64,000 nt of DNA, from the NCBI GenBank assembly GCA_051362555.1, contig CM120640.1, forward strand, positions 3,286,001-3,350,000. The letters are read 5' to 3'. The notes under the pieces were generated by a model, which did not search any database, had not been told where the DNA came from, and saw only the letters and a program-made list of their open reading frames with translations. Origin of the DNA: Lingula anatina. Its lineage: Eukaryota > Animalia > Brachiopoda. The first letter of the stretch is position 1. Each line of letters opens with the position of its first letter. Both the position numbers and the translations under genes were made by a program. Positions 1 through 42,064 of the stretch are shown here, one piece after another.

Positions 1-96
1 ACTGACAAAACTACAAATAATGTAGACGTCAAACTTGATTCCCCCCACATTATAGGTAGGCACTTAATTCCAAATATCATTAAAATATTCACTTAC

Positions 97-657
97 CTAT
101 ACCTTTTGGGTCTTTAATGTTAAACTGGGGAAATTTGATGAGGGGTATATGCTGTTTAACAGCCTGAAATATACATATTACAACACATAATTTCACAATA
201 TTTCAAAGAGAAAAATGTACATTTTATATATAGTACTGTAAGGTATTTATCTCTGACATAGTTTTGGAAACAGTCTTTAATTTAAACATTGAATAAAAAC
301 ATGGGCTTGCTTTGAAGGGGCATTTTTTCAACTTTGAAATAAGTGGTGTTGAGCTTTTCACTGATGGTTTGATGGATTTGGTGCTAATACCTAGGGTTAA
401 TATATCACTTTATATCACAAGGTAGCGTTCACTAGATAATCTAGTAGATTCATTGACATGTCAAGGTGACAGGATCCGGGAAATGACTACCCGTCTCTTA
501 AACATTTTCGGGGGGCATATTTAGATATTCTTGTGAAATATCACAAACGTTGATATGGAGCACATCCTTGCATTTTGAAGTCAACAATACACGTGCTTAC
601 TTCACAGACGCTAGAAATGATCCAACCTACCTGAAACCCTCTTCCAGCGGCTGCCAT
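97..657 (-). CDS. KGD4: Alpha-ketoglutarate dehydrogenase component 4 / MRPS36 homolog, first two coding exons (gene continues beyond window start)
   Basis: Exon 631-657 (ATG at 657; MAAAGRGFQ, donor gtaggt) spliced to exon 97-163 (AVKQHIPLIKFPQFNIKDPKGI, donor gtaagt). VKQHIPLIKFP matches the conserved VKPHxPLI[RK]FP N-terminal motif of MRPS36/KGD4. Confidence 0.8.
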
Positions 658-1151
658 AGTATGTGTGTTTTCAAACCTCCTTCACTGAAGAGCTCCAGCA
701 AGCGATGAAAGGCAAACTCGGCACAGAAGGATTACGGAGTGCAAACATAGGGATATTTAAAGCACAGACCCCGATTGATCGAGTCACAGTGGCAAGAAAA
801 GCAGATAAAGGAATGGACAGGTTGTTTTTATGGCATATTACGTTTCATGGTCAAAGGTCAGTTCTACTGAGTTAATCGACCTTTCCCCGCTTGACTGCCT
901 CAAAAACTGGGATAGGGTCCTTTCCCGTACTACGCGCATCCGGGTAAAGCGGACTCGTACACGGAAAATGGGGGACACATTTAGGTAGTATTCTGCGTTT
1001 GTTTCGGTTTTCAATGTTCTTACTGTGATAATACAACCTTGGGAAAGTCTTTCAAGCATCTTAAACGACACCTACAGGTAACCACCGCCGTCCGGTCACA
1101 GAGTATTTCAGTACGTTGATAATCACTACAGCTGTTTCAGACACAGTTGAA
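658..1151. promoter_or_regulatory. Putative bidirectional promoter between KGD4 (-) and the convertase (+)
   Basis: The two start codons diverge ~495 bp apart; the interval is CpG-richer than the flanking introns. Confidence 0.55.
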
Positions 1152-26063
<24,912 letters not shown>

Positions 26064-28813
26064 TATGGTTTTTAGTTATAAAATATCATCATCAGATTTT
26101 GCAGGGTAAATAAGACTTTCACTTGAAATGTATATTTTAATGAGTAATTTTACTAATAGGATGGGTGTGTCATTATGTGTACTTGATATGTCTCAAATGG
26201 ACAAGGGATTTGTTCTTTGTTATTCACTTGTCCATTCCAGCATACAAATGTACTTGCATACAAGATTGATACATGTAGCATGGGGTTCACTGTACTCTAA
26301 TGCCACAAGGGTTTTAAATAACAAGGAAGGAAATTGGGTCACAAACTGATGAAGATACTTAAACAATTGAGGTTATCAGATCAAAACTGATGTATGTATT
26401 GCATTTGCATCTACATTTGAGGTGACAAAAGAGTGACTGCAAATCATTATATCACACCATCTTTACATGTTGATTAAGAATAGCTGTTCTTGTTTATAAT
26501 GCTGAACTAGTTGTCCAGAATATGGTATGAAATAACTGCTGTTGATTAAAACAGTATAAAAATGTCAAAATTTACATAATTGATGACCACAGTTTAATTT
26601 AAGAAAAATTGAAAGTCTAAATGTTTTGTATTATTCAGCATAATGTCATAAAATTGTTATATACCTAATCAGTAGTCATTTTTGAAAAAAAATGTTAAAT
26701 GTGCAACATGTTCTAACCATGTATTAACTAAACACAATTTAATTCACATTGTAATTTTATCTTTTTTTATTCTATTTAAATAGTCAGATATATTCAAATT
26801 ATAGATAGATACATTGCATATGTAATAGATGCATTAATATTGTACATTGTACAAAGATACATGTAAATGTTTATAAGAACAGTCATTATAGCGATCTCAT
26901 TTCTGAGGCCAAATGTTGTGAAATATTAAAGATCCAGTGGCACACTACAATGTGAGGTCAGAATGGAAGCTGCTGTGGCCTGCAGCAGAAGAACAAAGAC
27001 ATATTTCATATTTTCAGCACAAAAGCATTTAGAGTAGAGTACGTAGGGAGTGCTGTAATAGATGGTTGTGTAATTACCATAACAAGTAGTGCATATTAGA
27101 GCCTATGAACTCCACAGGTAACATATTTTACTTATTTCTTCGCAAGTTGATGCACTTGTGTGAATTAAAAAACAGTATTGAGTCACAATTGTTGTCATGT
27201 GCCATTTGATATAGTAGTGTGCAATTAATTGATGTCAATACAAAGCTTGTATAGCACTGTGATACTGGGTTCTAGTAGTTAATATTGCCCACCAACTATG
27301 CCTTTCTAGTTCTATTTATTGCTTGCATCAACAACCCCCGAAATCATGTAGGTCATAAACTACATTTGGTAGGTAAGGCATACCATAGGATTGTATAAAA
27401 TTGTTTTAACATTAATTAAATTACACTACATGCAATTCCATTGATCATTATGCTGTTGATAAGTTCTTTCAATTGATGTTATTATCTTAAACCAGTGTCA
27501 GTCAGTGTTGCCTTTTAAAAAGTGATAAATGTATATTAAGATAGTTTTCATCTATGCAATAATGGTGACAAATGATTTAAGTACCAATGGAGAGTGTTTA
27601 AAACAACCTCAGTGATGGTAATTTAGATTTCTTGGTGTCATATTTAAAAAGAAAAGGTCGTGATTTATGTTTTAGTTGTTCTTTTAAGTTTGCTTTTAAA
27701 TAATGCCCATTATAAACCTGTGTTAGTTCTTCATATCAACTTGGGAGTTGTTTATTATTTATATTAGATTTGAGATATAGTGAAGTAAGTAGAAGGCCCA
27801 TGGTCACACTATTGCAATTAGGCCAATTGTTGTATTTATAAATGCCCTGCAAGATAATAGATTATAACAGTCAAAGGGGGGCAATAGAGAGATGTAATAC
27901 CTCCTATTTTTTCAATAATTTAGTGAAACATTCAGTATTGATAACTAATCTAAGCAATACAAAGTAAGTCTACAGAGGAGTACATTGTTATACATGTTTA
28001 TTTAGTGTGATCAGTAAGAATTTCAAATCAAGAACAATATGCTTTGTATACAGAAGAAATGGTGACACTTGCTTTGTATAAAAGAAAAAATAAATCTTTC
28101 TTTAAAAGTTTATTTTGCTCAATTTGATTTCAAGATACATGTATACTGCTAGCAGATGATTCCAAGAAAAATTCTTTTTAGTACAGATTTTAAATGGGGT
28201 TAAATGAAAAAAATTTTACGTCTGCATTAAAGATATAGTGTTTTTTCTTAAACCATTGCACTGTATTACAGTTAAGTGATGAGTTTCTTTGAAAGAGATT
28301 TTACTTTTACTGACAACTTTCTTTGTGCAAAACACAGCATTTTTGTTGGCACAAAATAAGGACATATTTCATTAAATAAACATTACTCTGGTTTTGTGGA
28401 ATATCAAGTTTGGCGAGCAATGTGTTGAGATAATCGGATCAAAACTCATCTATGCAGTATTTTTGATGAGAACTTTGCATACAACACAAAACAAGACAAA
28501 ATCCTTAACAATACATAAGCACAATAAAATAAAACTGAACAATAGACTTGAAGATGACAAAGGACTGTAAATTGTGTATAATAAAATAAATATAATATCA
28601 ACAATCCCACATTGCTAAATCTTATTGCTACTGCACAATTCACAGCAATAATCTTCACCTTACTGACCAAATGCTGAAGTGGCACCTCTCCTGTTAACTA
28701 TATTTGGTGTTTATTTTAAAACTGGAACTCTACTTTGGTGAAAAATATCAACACACATGGAATGGAAACAGTCCATACTGATAGATCAAATTATAAATCT
28801 GTGCGCAGCGTTG

Positions 28814-33294
<4,481 letters not shown>

Positions 33295-33370
33295 TTTGTG
33301 ACGTCACTAGCATGTATCAAGGAATCCCCAACACGAGTTTCAGAAGGCTTTTCCCATCACGTGACCTGTG
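33295..33370. promoter_or_regulatory. IDH3A proximal promoter motifs: CRE and E-box/CLEAR-like sites
   Basis: Palindrome GTGACGTCAC at 33298-33307 (CRE core TGACGTCA); TCACGTGAC at 33357-33365; YY1-like GCCATTTT overlaps the start codon. Confidence 0.55.
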
Positions 33371-33684
33371 ACCTTTACCTATTTATTTAGTGCTTGGTCC
33401 CTGTGGTTGCGTTATTGAATATCGTGATGAACCGATAAATATAAGAAGCATCCCTTGAAAATGTTTAGCAGAATGTGCGTCTATCAGCCTCCACAATGCC
33501 AGGGCCGGACGAGCTGAAGGATCCTTGCAAATCCCCCTCTGGGACGAGGAAGGTTCAGAGAATTTATCCAGCAAAGAAGAAATTATTTTGTAGAATATAA
33601 GTTAATCACAAATTACTGGTAAAGATATCTGAGTGCTAATCTAAACTTCCATCAAGCCCAGTCAGTTATATATTTCACTTTCAG

Positions 33685-35206
33685 GGCAGAAGAGTGAGTG
33701 CCATTGATGATGAAGCATACCACATCATGGTTGAAATTTTAAGTGGAAAAAAGAGTAGGAGTGACTTTAAGCAAAGATCTAAGACCACGAATACATCAAA
33801 GTCCCGTGCAGCCCTTCGGCGTGTCGACACAGGAAAATATTCTATAAAGTTTCTAGATGGTGAACCACAAATATTTTATGAAAACAAGATTGTGCCCAAA
33901 AAATCGAGGATTCCTCATGTTGTTAAACCAGCACAAAAGCAAACTAAAGGTGTAAGAAGGAAAAAAATACAAGCGCATAATCATGTGAAGAAAGCAATAG
34001 ATGAGATAGACAGACCAATCACACAAAACATACAAGAACAAATTTCCCAGTCACATTCTATTTCCAATAACATTCCAGAACGTACACCTCTAGTAGTAAA
34101 ATCACCACAAAAAATCAACCAAATTGACTTGATCCCCATGGAGGGCTTAGAGATCAATGGATATAGATATGTTTTAGAGATAATTGATGTATTTAGCAGA
34201 TTTGTGAAGAGAGCTCCTCTAAAAGAAAAATCAGCTCAAGCAGTGGCAATGGAACTGTATAAGTACTACTCTTGTGTCGGCCCTCCAGAAATCCTGTATG
34301 CTGATTGTGGAGGAGACTTTAAAGTAGCCATTCAGCTTCTTATGAAAAAAATGAGAGTAAAAATTGTGTATGGAAAACCCTGCCATCCCCAGTCCCAAGG
34401 AAAGGTGAGTGTGGACGAGACACCTAAGACCAGTATTCCAAAGTCAACTTTATATGCTCACCTGTCCCATTTTAGGAAGCAAAGTTACTCTCTTTCGAAA
34501 ATGTGTAAGAGCACATTGAGAACAGTGGACTAATTGATCCGTGGATCAAATATATGACCAACCCACTTAAATGTTTGTTGTGTAATCCACGCAGGGAATC
34601 TATTTAGTGTCTAATTTTGAATTAAGCAGCAAGCTTTTGAGTGGGTCACCATATTTGATTTGTGCATCTGTTAGGCTCTATTCCCATAGATTTTAGATCG
34701 ATCTATCCCCGCGGGGAGTCTCACTAGATTACTTTCAGATAATCCGACTTAAATGTCCGTCCCGCCTACTACAAGCAGTAAGAGGGTAATTAAATTTCGT
34801 GTCCGCCCGGCTGACAGCTATTTAGGTGAACCCCCAGGGAGTTAGGTCGATCTAAAGTAGGTCGATCTAATCTATGGAAATGGGGTGTTAGTCTGATGTT
34901 TTGAATTGGCTCTTAGACTTTCTGTGAACTGTGCTCCTGGCACATTCCCATCAAAACTTTTGACATGTCTTTGATCCCATATACATGAAAATATAATACA
35001 TATTTGTATCATTTACTATTCCATTATTATCACCTATCAGTAAAAATTTCATCATCATTATATCTTTATCAGGTGGAACAGAGCCATAAGGCATTTCAGC
35101 ACATGGTAAGAAGACATTTGGAGGACCGGGGACTGGATTTCCAGTGGACAGAACAACTTCCTACTTATGATTTTCTTCAAAACAATATGCCTTACAAATC
35201 TATAGG
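33685..35206 (+). mobile_element. Spliced DDE (rve-type) integrase/transposase, Ginger/KRBA2-SCAND3-like; possibly domesticated or 3'-decayed
   Basis: Exon 33685-34404 (acceptor tttcag, donor gtgagt) encodes QIDLIPM...YRYVLEIIDVFSRFV...PLKEKSA...GPPEILYADCGGDF...GKPCHPQSQGK; exon 35073-35206 continues in phase with VEQSHK...WTEQLP..., restoring QSQGKVE and a D,D(34)E triad. No gag, RT or LTRs seen. Confidence 0.8.
34520..34900. mobile_element. Nested MITEs in the integrase intron
   Basis: Outer element with inverted ends (gaacagtggactaa...acccact / agtggg...gttagtc); its right arm is interrupted by inner element 34674-34887 flanked by TTA on both sides. The outer left end recurs at ~61127-61170. 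Confidence 0.7.
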
Positions 35207-37156
35207 TACAGAGAGTTGATCTTTAAAATCTATAGTTTGAAAAAGTCATTGCTAAAAATCTATAGGTACATACAGTCAGTCTTGCAATGTTGAAAAAAAA
35301 AAGGATAAAGAACATGTTACAGGTAAATGTACTTCGCTCTCATCACTAGATGGATAAATGAGGATGAGTGAACAGCAATAAGCTAAGGCATAAATATTAA
35401 AGAAGGTACAATGCATAAAAATCTACACACCTTTATATTGCAGCTATGATGACACCATTTAAGAAATTTTTTGGACGGCAGTGCAACTTGGCAGAATGTA
35501 CCTTTACAAGTCACAGTTTTGATTATTCTGTTGAGGTATTTAAAGTTGAACATACATGAAAAGAGCATTTTGATTTACATTACGTTTATATTTGTTTATG
35601 GAATAATATTTAATATTGAGTTCTCACACAGTTAGTTAATACACAGAGTTAAGATACCCTCTACCACGGTGGCAGATTATACAGGGGAAAATTGGAAGAA
35701 TCCACCCTGTGACATTTGGCCAGATGGAAGCAATTAAATCTGTCCACGCACAGATGGCATTGTACCCACTCTGCAGGAGCTTCGCTTTGCAACGATGTGA
35801 TAACTGCCTGTTATGCAACCTGTCTAAGGCTCTGCTGTCAGCAGAAACTAGACACAGAGCCAAATGACTTGTCTATTTATCTAGAGATATATCTGTGAAT
35901 ATTTGAAATATCAATCTGACGCCCTGGTAGAGGGTAGAGGGACATGAACTGTTCAAGTATAATCCAACAATGGCTGTAATAATTTCAGGAAGTGATGATC
36001 CAAGTTGAAACAAAACAGGACTTCATCAAAGAGAGAATGGAAGTACTGGGCGCAATTCAGGAAAAAGCTAATACAGCAAATTTGGCATCAGATAAATAAA
36101 GCAAATAGTTGTAAAATAGCATTCAGTTTGAAGAAGTTGAAACTTTCTTACAATTTCAAAAGTTCCACATCTTTCATAAAAAGTTACAACAATGAATTGT
36201 TTTTAGATAAGCAAAAATGAGATCAACCTGATGTATTGTGGGAACCAAAATATGGGAGCAGAGGTGGACTCTCTATCAAGTACAGTATGTTGATCTACTG
36301 AAGACTGAGACTGTAATTTCCAGAGTTTCCACTCACCGTGGATGGAGAAACAGGAGTAGCAGGATACACCCCTTCAACTTCACATGGGACACATACACTT
36401 GCATGTACTTAGCAACTGGGATGACATTTTTCATTGTTGAATGTTTTATATTTATAGAAATATGATCAGCCAAACACTATCAATAAAGACAATTGAAATG
36501 GCTTATTACATTTGAGTGTTCATATGTCCTTTAAATTGCAAGTTTAAAAAACTTATTTCAAGTAATATTTTCAGGTATGCCAGGAAAAATTGATAAGTTG
36601 GTGAACAAATGGCATGGTCGGAACATGAAATTTATTTTTTCATTTTATTTTAAACATGATTTTTCACCTTATCAGCTAAATTTTAAGTTTTTTTTAAGGT
36701 ATAAGGGGTGGGCTGACAGTTCACACTGTGGGCCATTTTAGAGCATAAAAACGGCATCATTAAGGCTTTTCCAGTAGTCTGTTGTAAATTTCTCACAAAA
36801 ACCAAACCAACAAGTTCAACAACCAACACCTTTTTGAAAGAAAAAAAATTAAATTTCCTTTAAATCAAGGACTGTCATGCTCTTTATTGTTGAAAATGTA
36901 TGTAACATTACGCTGCATGAAACAATATCCAGCATAGAAGTGTCTGAATGGTGTATATTCCTTACGATTTTTCTTTCACCTTTTAATCTGCATAAATATC
37001 TAACTTTTACATCGGCCACAAGGGGTCTCGCTTAACGGAAGGCCTGTCTTGGCTCGTGGAGATCTCCTCGGACTGCATCATTGGAGGTAGAAAAATGTCG
37101 CTGTAGTTGACGAAGTTGAACTTGTTGGTATAAAATTATCTCTACAACATCTGAAA

Positions 37157-40100
37157 ATGAGTAGTTTACAGAGTGTAATTGCCGAATGGGAAGAACTTGA
37201 AACTGAGTTTAAAGAGTTGGAGGTAAAGTAAATTTCTTTAAAGTTGTAAACAAAACAGTCTCACCGGCAGAAAAAAGTTCATTTACTATGATTTAGTCTT
37301 GTTGTGACTCACCTGAGGTTGAGTGTAGTTACTTTTAGATCTACCTTTTTGTTTTTTGTTTATTAAATATTTTCTTACCATGTTTGTTGAATTGTGATAT
37401 TTTGAATACGCTAGTCAATATTTATAGCATTTGGTTATTTCTGTTTTCAAACGGACTTAATAATAAACGGACAAAATAACAGAAATTCAATGTTAGCTAA
37501 TACATGTACCAGTAGCTGGGCATTGCATCATGATGTTATTCACGTAGACTAAAACTGTGTGGTTTGACACGAACAAAGACTCTTGAACATCATTTGAATT
37601 TCTGACTGATTATATACCCACTTTACCCTATTAGTGTAACTATTATTATTATTATTATTCACTAAGACATTGTCTATTCTAGGAGAATCACAAGAACTAT
37701 GTGAGTAAAGTAGATGAAGTTAAGAATTTGCAGGCAAAATGTGTGAATGGAATTGCACATCAGAGGTATCGCATGAAACAGGTTGCTGATAACTTAAAGA
37801 AGTAAGTGAAGTCTTAGAGATACTTAATTTTACATAGATTTCAAGGTGAAACCACAGCTGCAATCTTGTACCAGTTGTAGTAGAAAGCTTTCAATATTAT
37901 CATATGTATATATATATACATATGGATAAATTATCAGTAGATGTTGTTAAGCATCTTGAAAACTCCATTTTCCTATTTTATATGCATTTTCTGTTTTGAT
38001 TTTGAAATGAATCAAAATAAATTATCGAATACAAATCTGGATTTATTTAACTTGGGGCAGTGTTCTTATTAACCATACAAGTTTTCTTTTCCTTTTAGGT
38101 ATGGCAAATCCAATGATCAGGAAATTGCAAGTATATATCAGACAATAGAAGAGAGAAAAACCCAGTTTAGAGAATTTGAAGATGTACTGCCACATAAAAA
38201 TGGGTAATTCTGATACACTCAATTACTGAAGTATTTTCTTAAATATGAAACATTTCATATTATGATCCATTGAGAAAACTTACACTTACATTAATTTATT
38301 TATTGCAGATATCAGTCATAAAGTTCTTAATGTTCATAGCATATTAAAAGTTTTTCTTTTTACTACAGGATATATTTAAGCATTGTTCTTGGGCAGGTCA
38401 ACGTATCACTTCTCAGCAAGAAAGACAAGTAAGTATGAGTTGTTGAATGACAGCCATTTCAAGTGTTTGAATGAAGTAACTAAATTGCAAGTTACCACTT
38501 TTTAAAGTAGTTGAATCTGAAAAGTAAAATAGGCCTAAACTATAATAAAGGCAGGGGTTGGCCATTGGTTTAAAACCAAGCAGAAACATCACATTCACTT
38601 TCCTGATATTCATTTTCAGATATCTGTATAAGCAAGACTATGAGAAGTTCAAGCTGATTGTGTCCACCATCTCCATGGTGCTAGCCTTCTGTTTACTGTT
38701 CTTTATATCATCTAGGTGAGCCATATAGCTTTAATTCCTACTCCTCATTGTACAATAACATGTATAGATCTACATTAATTTTTCTATAACTGCATTTTTT
38801 TATCATTTTGGTTTTTATTCCATAGAAAATGTCCATTTATGAATGTGCTGCGGTGACTTGGAAAACAATAATTGCATGAAGAGTGTTACTGCAATATACT
38901 TATTCTCTCTTCATTCCCTTAATCCTGGGTTATTCTGAAAACATAAAGGAACATGTTTATAACTATGTTGGCCCATGTATTTCTAGGTATCTGGATGCTG
39001 CCTACCACTTTCTCTTGGTCTGGTACTACTGTACATTGACGATAAGAGAGTCCATTCTTATTGTGAACGGTTCAAGGTAAGCTATATGAATCAATTAATA
39101 AAAAGAGTGATGGTGACAATAAATATAAGGAATTCCAAAAATGAAGCAACTGCTATCAGGGTTTTAATAGATAAAGTGGCTTCGGTTATAAATTACCACC
39201 TCCACGTCCAATTTTTTATTGGTTTGTCCTGCATATTATGTTTTGATATCCCTGTTATTTAATTGATGAAACAGCTTTATCAGGGAATATCTCTTTACAT
39301 TCAGATTTATTTTCTATATGAGATGTATGAAGTTGATTTCTTTATTCAGAAACCTACCTTGTTTCATTATCTTGGCAGTTTCAATATTTTGATATATTTT
39401 TTGACACATTACAGAATCAAGGGTTGGTGGGTGGCTCATCACTTTGTGTCCACAGTGTGTACTGGGGTGCTGCTGATCTGGTAAGTACATTGAAAATAAA
39501 ACAGTGCTTTCACATATATATAATTATGGCATTATTGAATTCAACTTTAACTTTTAAGTTCAACATAGGCTTGACTATTTGTCTCTGACACATACAGGTG
39601 GTCCCCAATTTTGGACATTCTGTAACATTTGACACACGCATGCACGCACATGGTACATTTTCAAATCTAAGCGTTCTATGCATTTTATTGAAGCAAAGGT
39701 TATCATATACTTTGGATATTCATTTGTGTAATCTATTTCTTTACTTAGGCCTGATGGTGTGACTTACAGACTCTTCCGGCAACAGTTTATGATTTTCTCT
39801 GTATATCTCAGTGAGTAAAAGTTTGTCTTTCTTTGTTCATTGAAGTGTATGAGTAAGGAATAGTTTTTTCTCAGTTTATTAAAAGATATAAAAGGTTTAA
39901 TGTAGAATTCCTCATATTATTTACTATATATGTTATTAAGTGATGATAATTTTAATTTTTAGACAGAACAGTTCCTGAGTCAATGGAAGTAATGATTTCA
40001 TATGTATTAAACAAAATCTTTTATACTCACAGTTATAAGAGAAATTGATTAATCTTTAACAGGTTTTGTCCAAGTGCTTCAGTTTTACTACCAGAGCGGG

Positions 40101-41306
40101 TGTTTGTACAGACTGAGAGCATTGGGAGAAAGGCACAATATGGATATCACTGTTGGTGAGATATCGTTAAGATTTTTGTTGGTAAGAGGAACGGGATTTT
40201 GAAAAGGGTCCAAGATGGAAAAAACTTGAGAACACTGACCCATAGACGTGCTACGAATTGACAACAAAACAGCTGCAATACTTAAATATGATGGTGAAAA
40301 TATTTTATATGCAGGTCATCTTGTTAAACTTCTAAATATGCAATATTTTGTGAAAGGAATCTTAAGAATATTATATTAAATTTATTGAATTAAGAATGTT
40401 TTACTTTCAGAGGGGTTTCAGTCTTGGATGTGGAAGGGCCTGTCTTTTATCCTGCCATTTTTGTTTGGGGGCTATGTAAGTTCTAATTAGAGATCTCAGC
40501 TTATGTGTAAAAAACACTGTCTTCTATGATAACTTGATAATCAGAGTGTACATTCACTGTATCTTGTTGGTTTGTTGTATGTAAAGAGCATGTACTTAAT
40601 ATAGTAATTATCTGTACAAGTCATATTATGAACAACAAATTTTTAAAATCTGATTTTAATAAAATTGCATTACTAAAAAGTCTAGATATTGAAATGTTTC
40701 TGTTCGTGCTAAAATTACTCATACATAATCCTGTGTTGTTGCTTATAAATAATCCTATGTTATTTCTTATAGATATTCCAGTTTTACAATGCCTACACAT
40801 TATACCACTTGGCCTTTCATCCGCAGTCTGAGTTGCAGGTCAGTATATACAGGATATCAATGTGGTGGATAGCTGTGGTGTCCAGTTTTTTCTCCTATTC
40901 ATTGTGTTTTCATAGGAGTTGTTTTAAAATTGATTGGATGGTTTTCATACAACATTAATTGAGAGAAAACTTTGAGTTGCTTACAAGCAAATAAATCTGT
41001 ATACCTTTAATTTTGATTGTAAATTTAAGTAAAAAGAAGACTAGTCTATTCAGCAAAGTGTGTCTGAAATTTAAAGTTTTTTTTTTCTTTTTTTTCATTT
41101 TTAAAAAAATTTCAAATTTGTTTCAGGTACCAGTTGTATGTTTCATGTTCTTTGTCCTTGCCTCTGGAAACGCATGGACTACACTTCTCGTTATACGGGA
41201 AAAGCTGAAGAGCAGGCTTCAAGAGTCAAAACCTAAACTTTTCCGCATGAAGAGCAAGTACAAGTTTAACTGGAATAATAACAAGGAAACGACTAAAGTA
41301 CTTTGA
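37157..41306 (+). CDS. TMEM120: Transmembrane protein 120 (TMEM120A/B, TACAN family)
   Basis: Exons 37157-37222, 37683-37801, 38099-38203, 38369-38428 ([14 protein letters not shown]), 38620-38715 ([10 protein letters not shown]), 38987-39076 ([23 protein letters not shown]), 39415-39480 ([13 protein letters not shown]), 39749-39810, 40063-40155 ([23 protein letters not shown]), 40411-40475 ([19 protein letters not shown]), 40773-40838, 41127-41306. Confidence 0.97.
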
Positions 41307-41762
41307 CACCACGGTAATGTCAGGGGCTGGAAAATTACTGCACCAGATAATTCTGCATTTTTCTTGCATTAAAGCAGAAGACTTTTTTCCAATCTTTTCA
41401 CAAGCAATAAAATAAACGTGTTTTGTGTCCAGCAAGGATGGTGACCTGCCTGAGACTGGTGGTGTGGGGATGAACAGAAATGGACCAATAGAATTACAAG
41501 TTGTGTGCCTGTCACAAAATGGCTACCTGGGGGGCGCCACCTGCAAGGTCACAGTTGTAGATGTGGATCAGATCCACGGTAGAGGGAGTGTGTGTTCTCT
41601 TTTCAAACATATGCATTTGATGTTATAATTTAATTTGTTGACTATTTAAAACGTTCAAGTATGTAATTGAAATGATTCAAGATCAGTGCTCAATGAATGA
41701 ACGTAACAACGATTTGTTTAAAAATATGGGGAGATATGATCATTTTTGAACGTTTTCTCTAA

Positions 41763-42064
41763 GATCACATTCACAACGAGTTGAGCCATGGCTTTACAAA
41801 TCCTGGAACTAAATATGGCAGACATACATGAAAGAAAAACCACTTAATCTTTTAATGGTCTCTCCGCCTCTCACCCGCCTCCCCATGCGTCTTCCCTGCG
41901 GGGGTACAGTCATTAAATCTCGGCTCCAGTGGGACGACACATGGAGAGGCGTGTGAGAGGCAGAGAGACTATTAAAAGATAAGGCGTTTTTTCTTTCATG
42001 TACGTCCGCCATATTTAGTTCCAGGATTTGTAAAGCCATGGCTCAACTCATTGTGAATGCGATC
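41763..42064. mobile_element. ~300-bp near-perfect palindromic MITE with TAA target-site duplication (PIF/Harbinger-Tourist-like)
   Basis: gatcacattcacaacgagttgagccatggctttacaaatcctggaactaaatatggc... mirrored by ...gccatatttagttccaggatttgtaaagccatggctcaactcattgtgaatgcgatc; TAA at 41760-41762 and 42065-42067. Confidence 0.85.

Noticed and set aside
34405-34533. C-terminal extension of the 279-aa integrase ORF (VSVDETPK...)
   Set aside because: Read-through into the intron; the strong gtgagt donor and the exon at 35073 restore the conserved motif.
33380-37030. Terminal inverted repeats bounding the integrase element
   Set aside because: Only a weak match (ccctgtgg near 33400 versus ccacaaggg near 37016); not convincing by eye.
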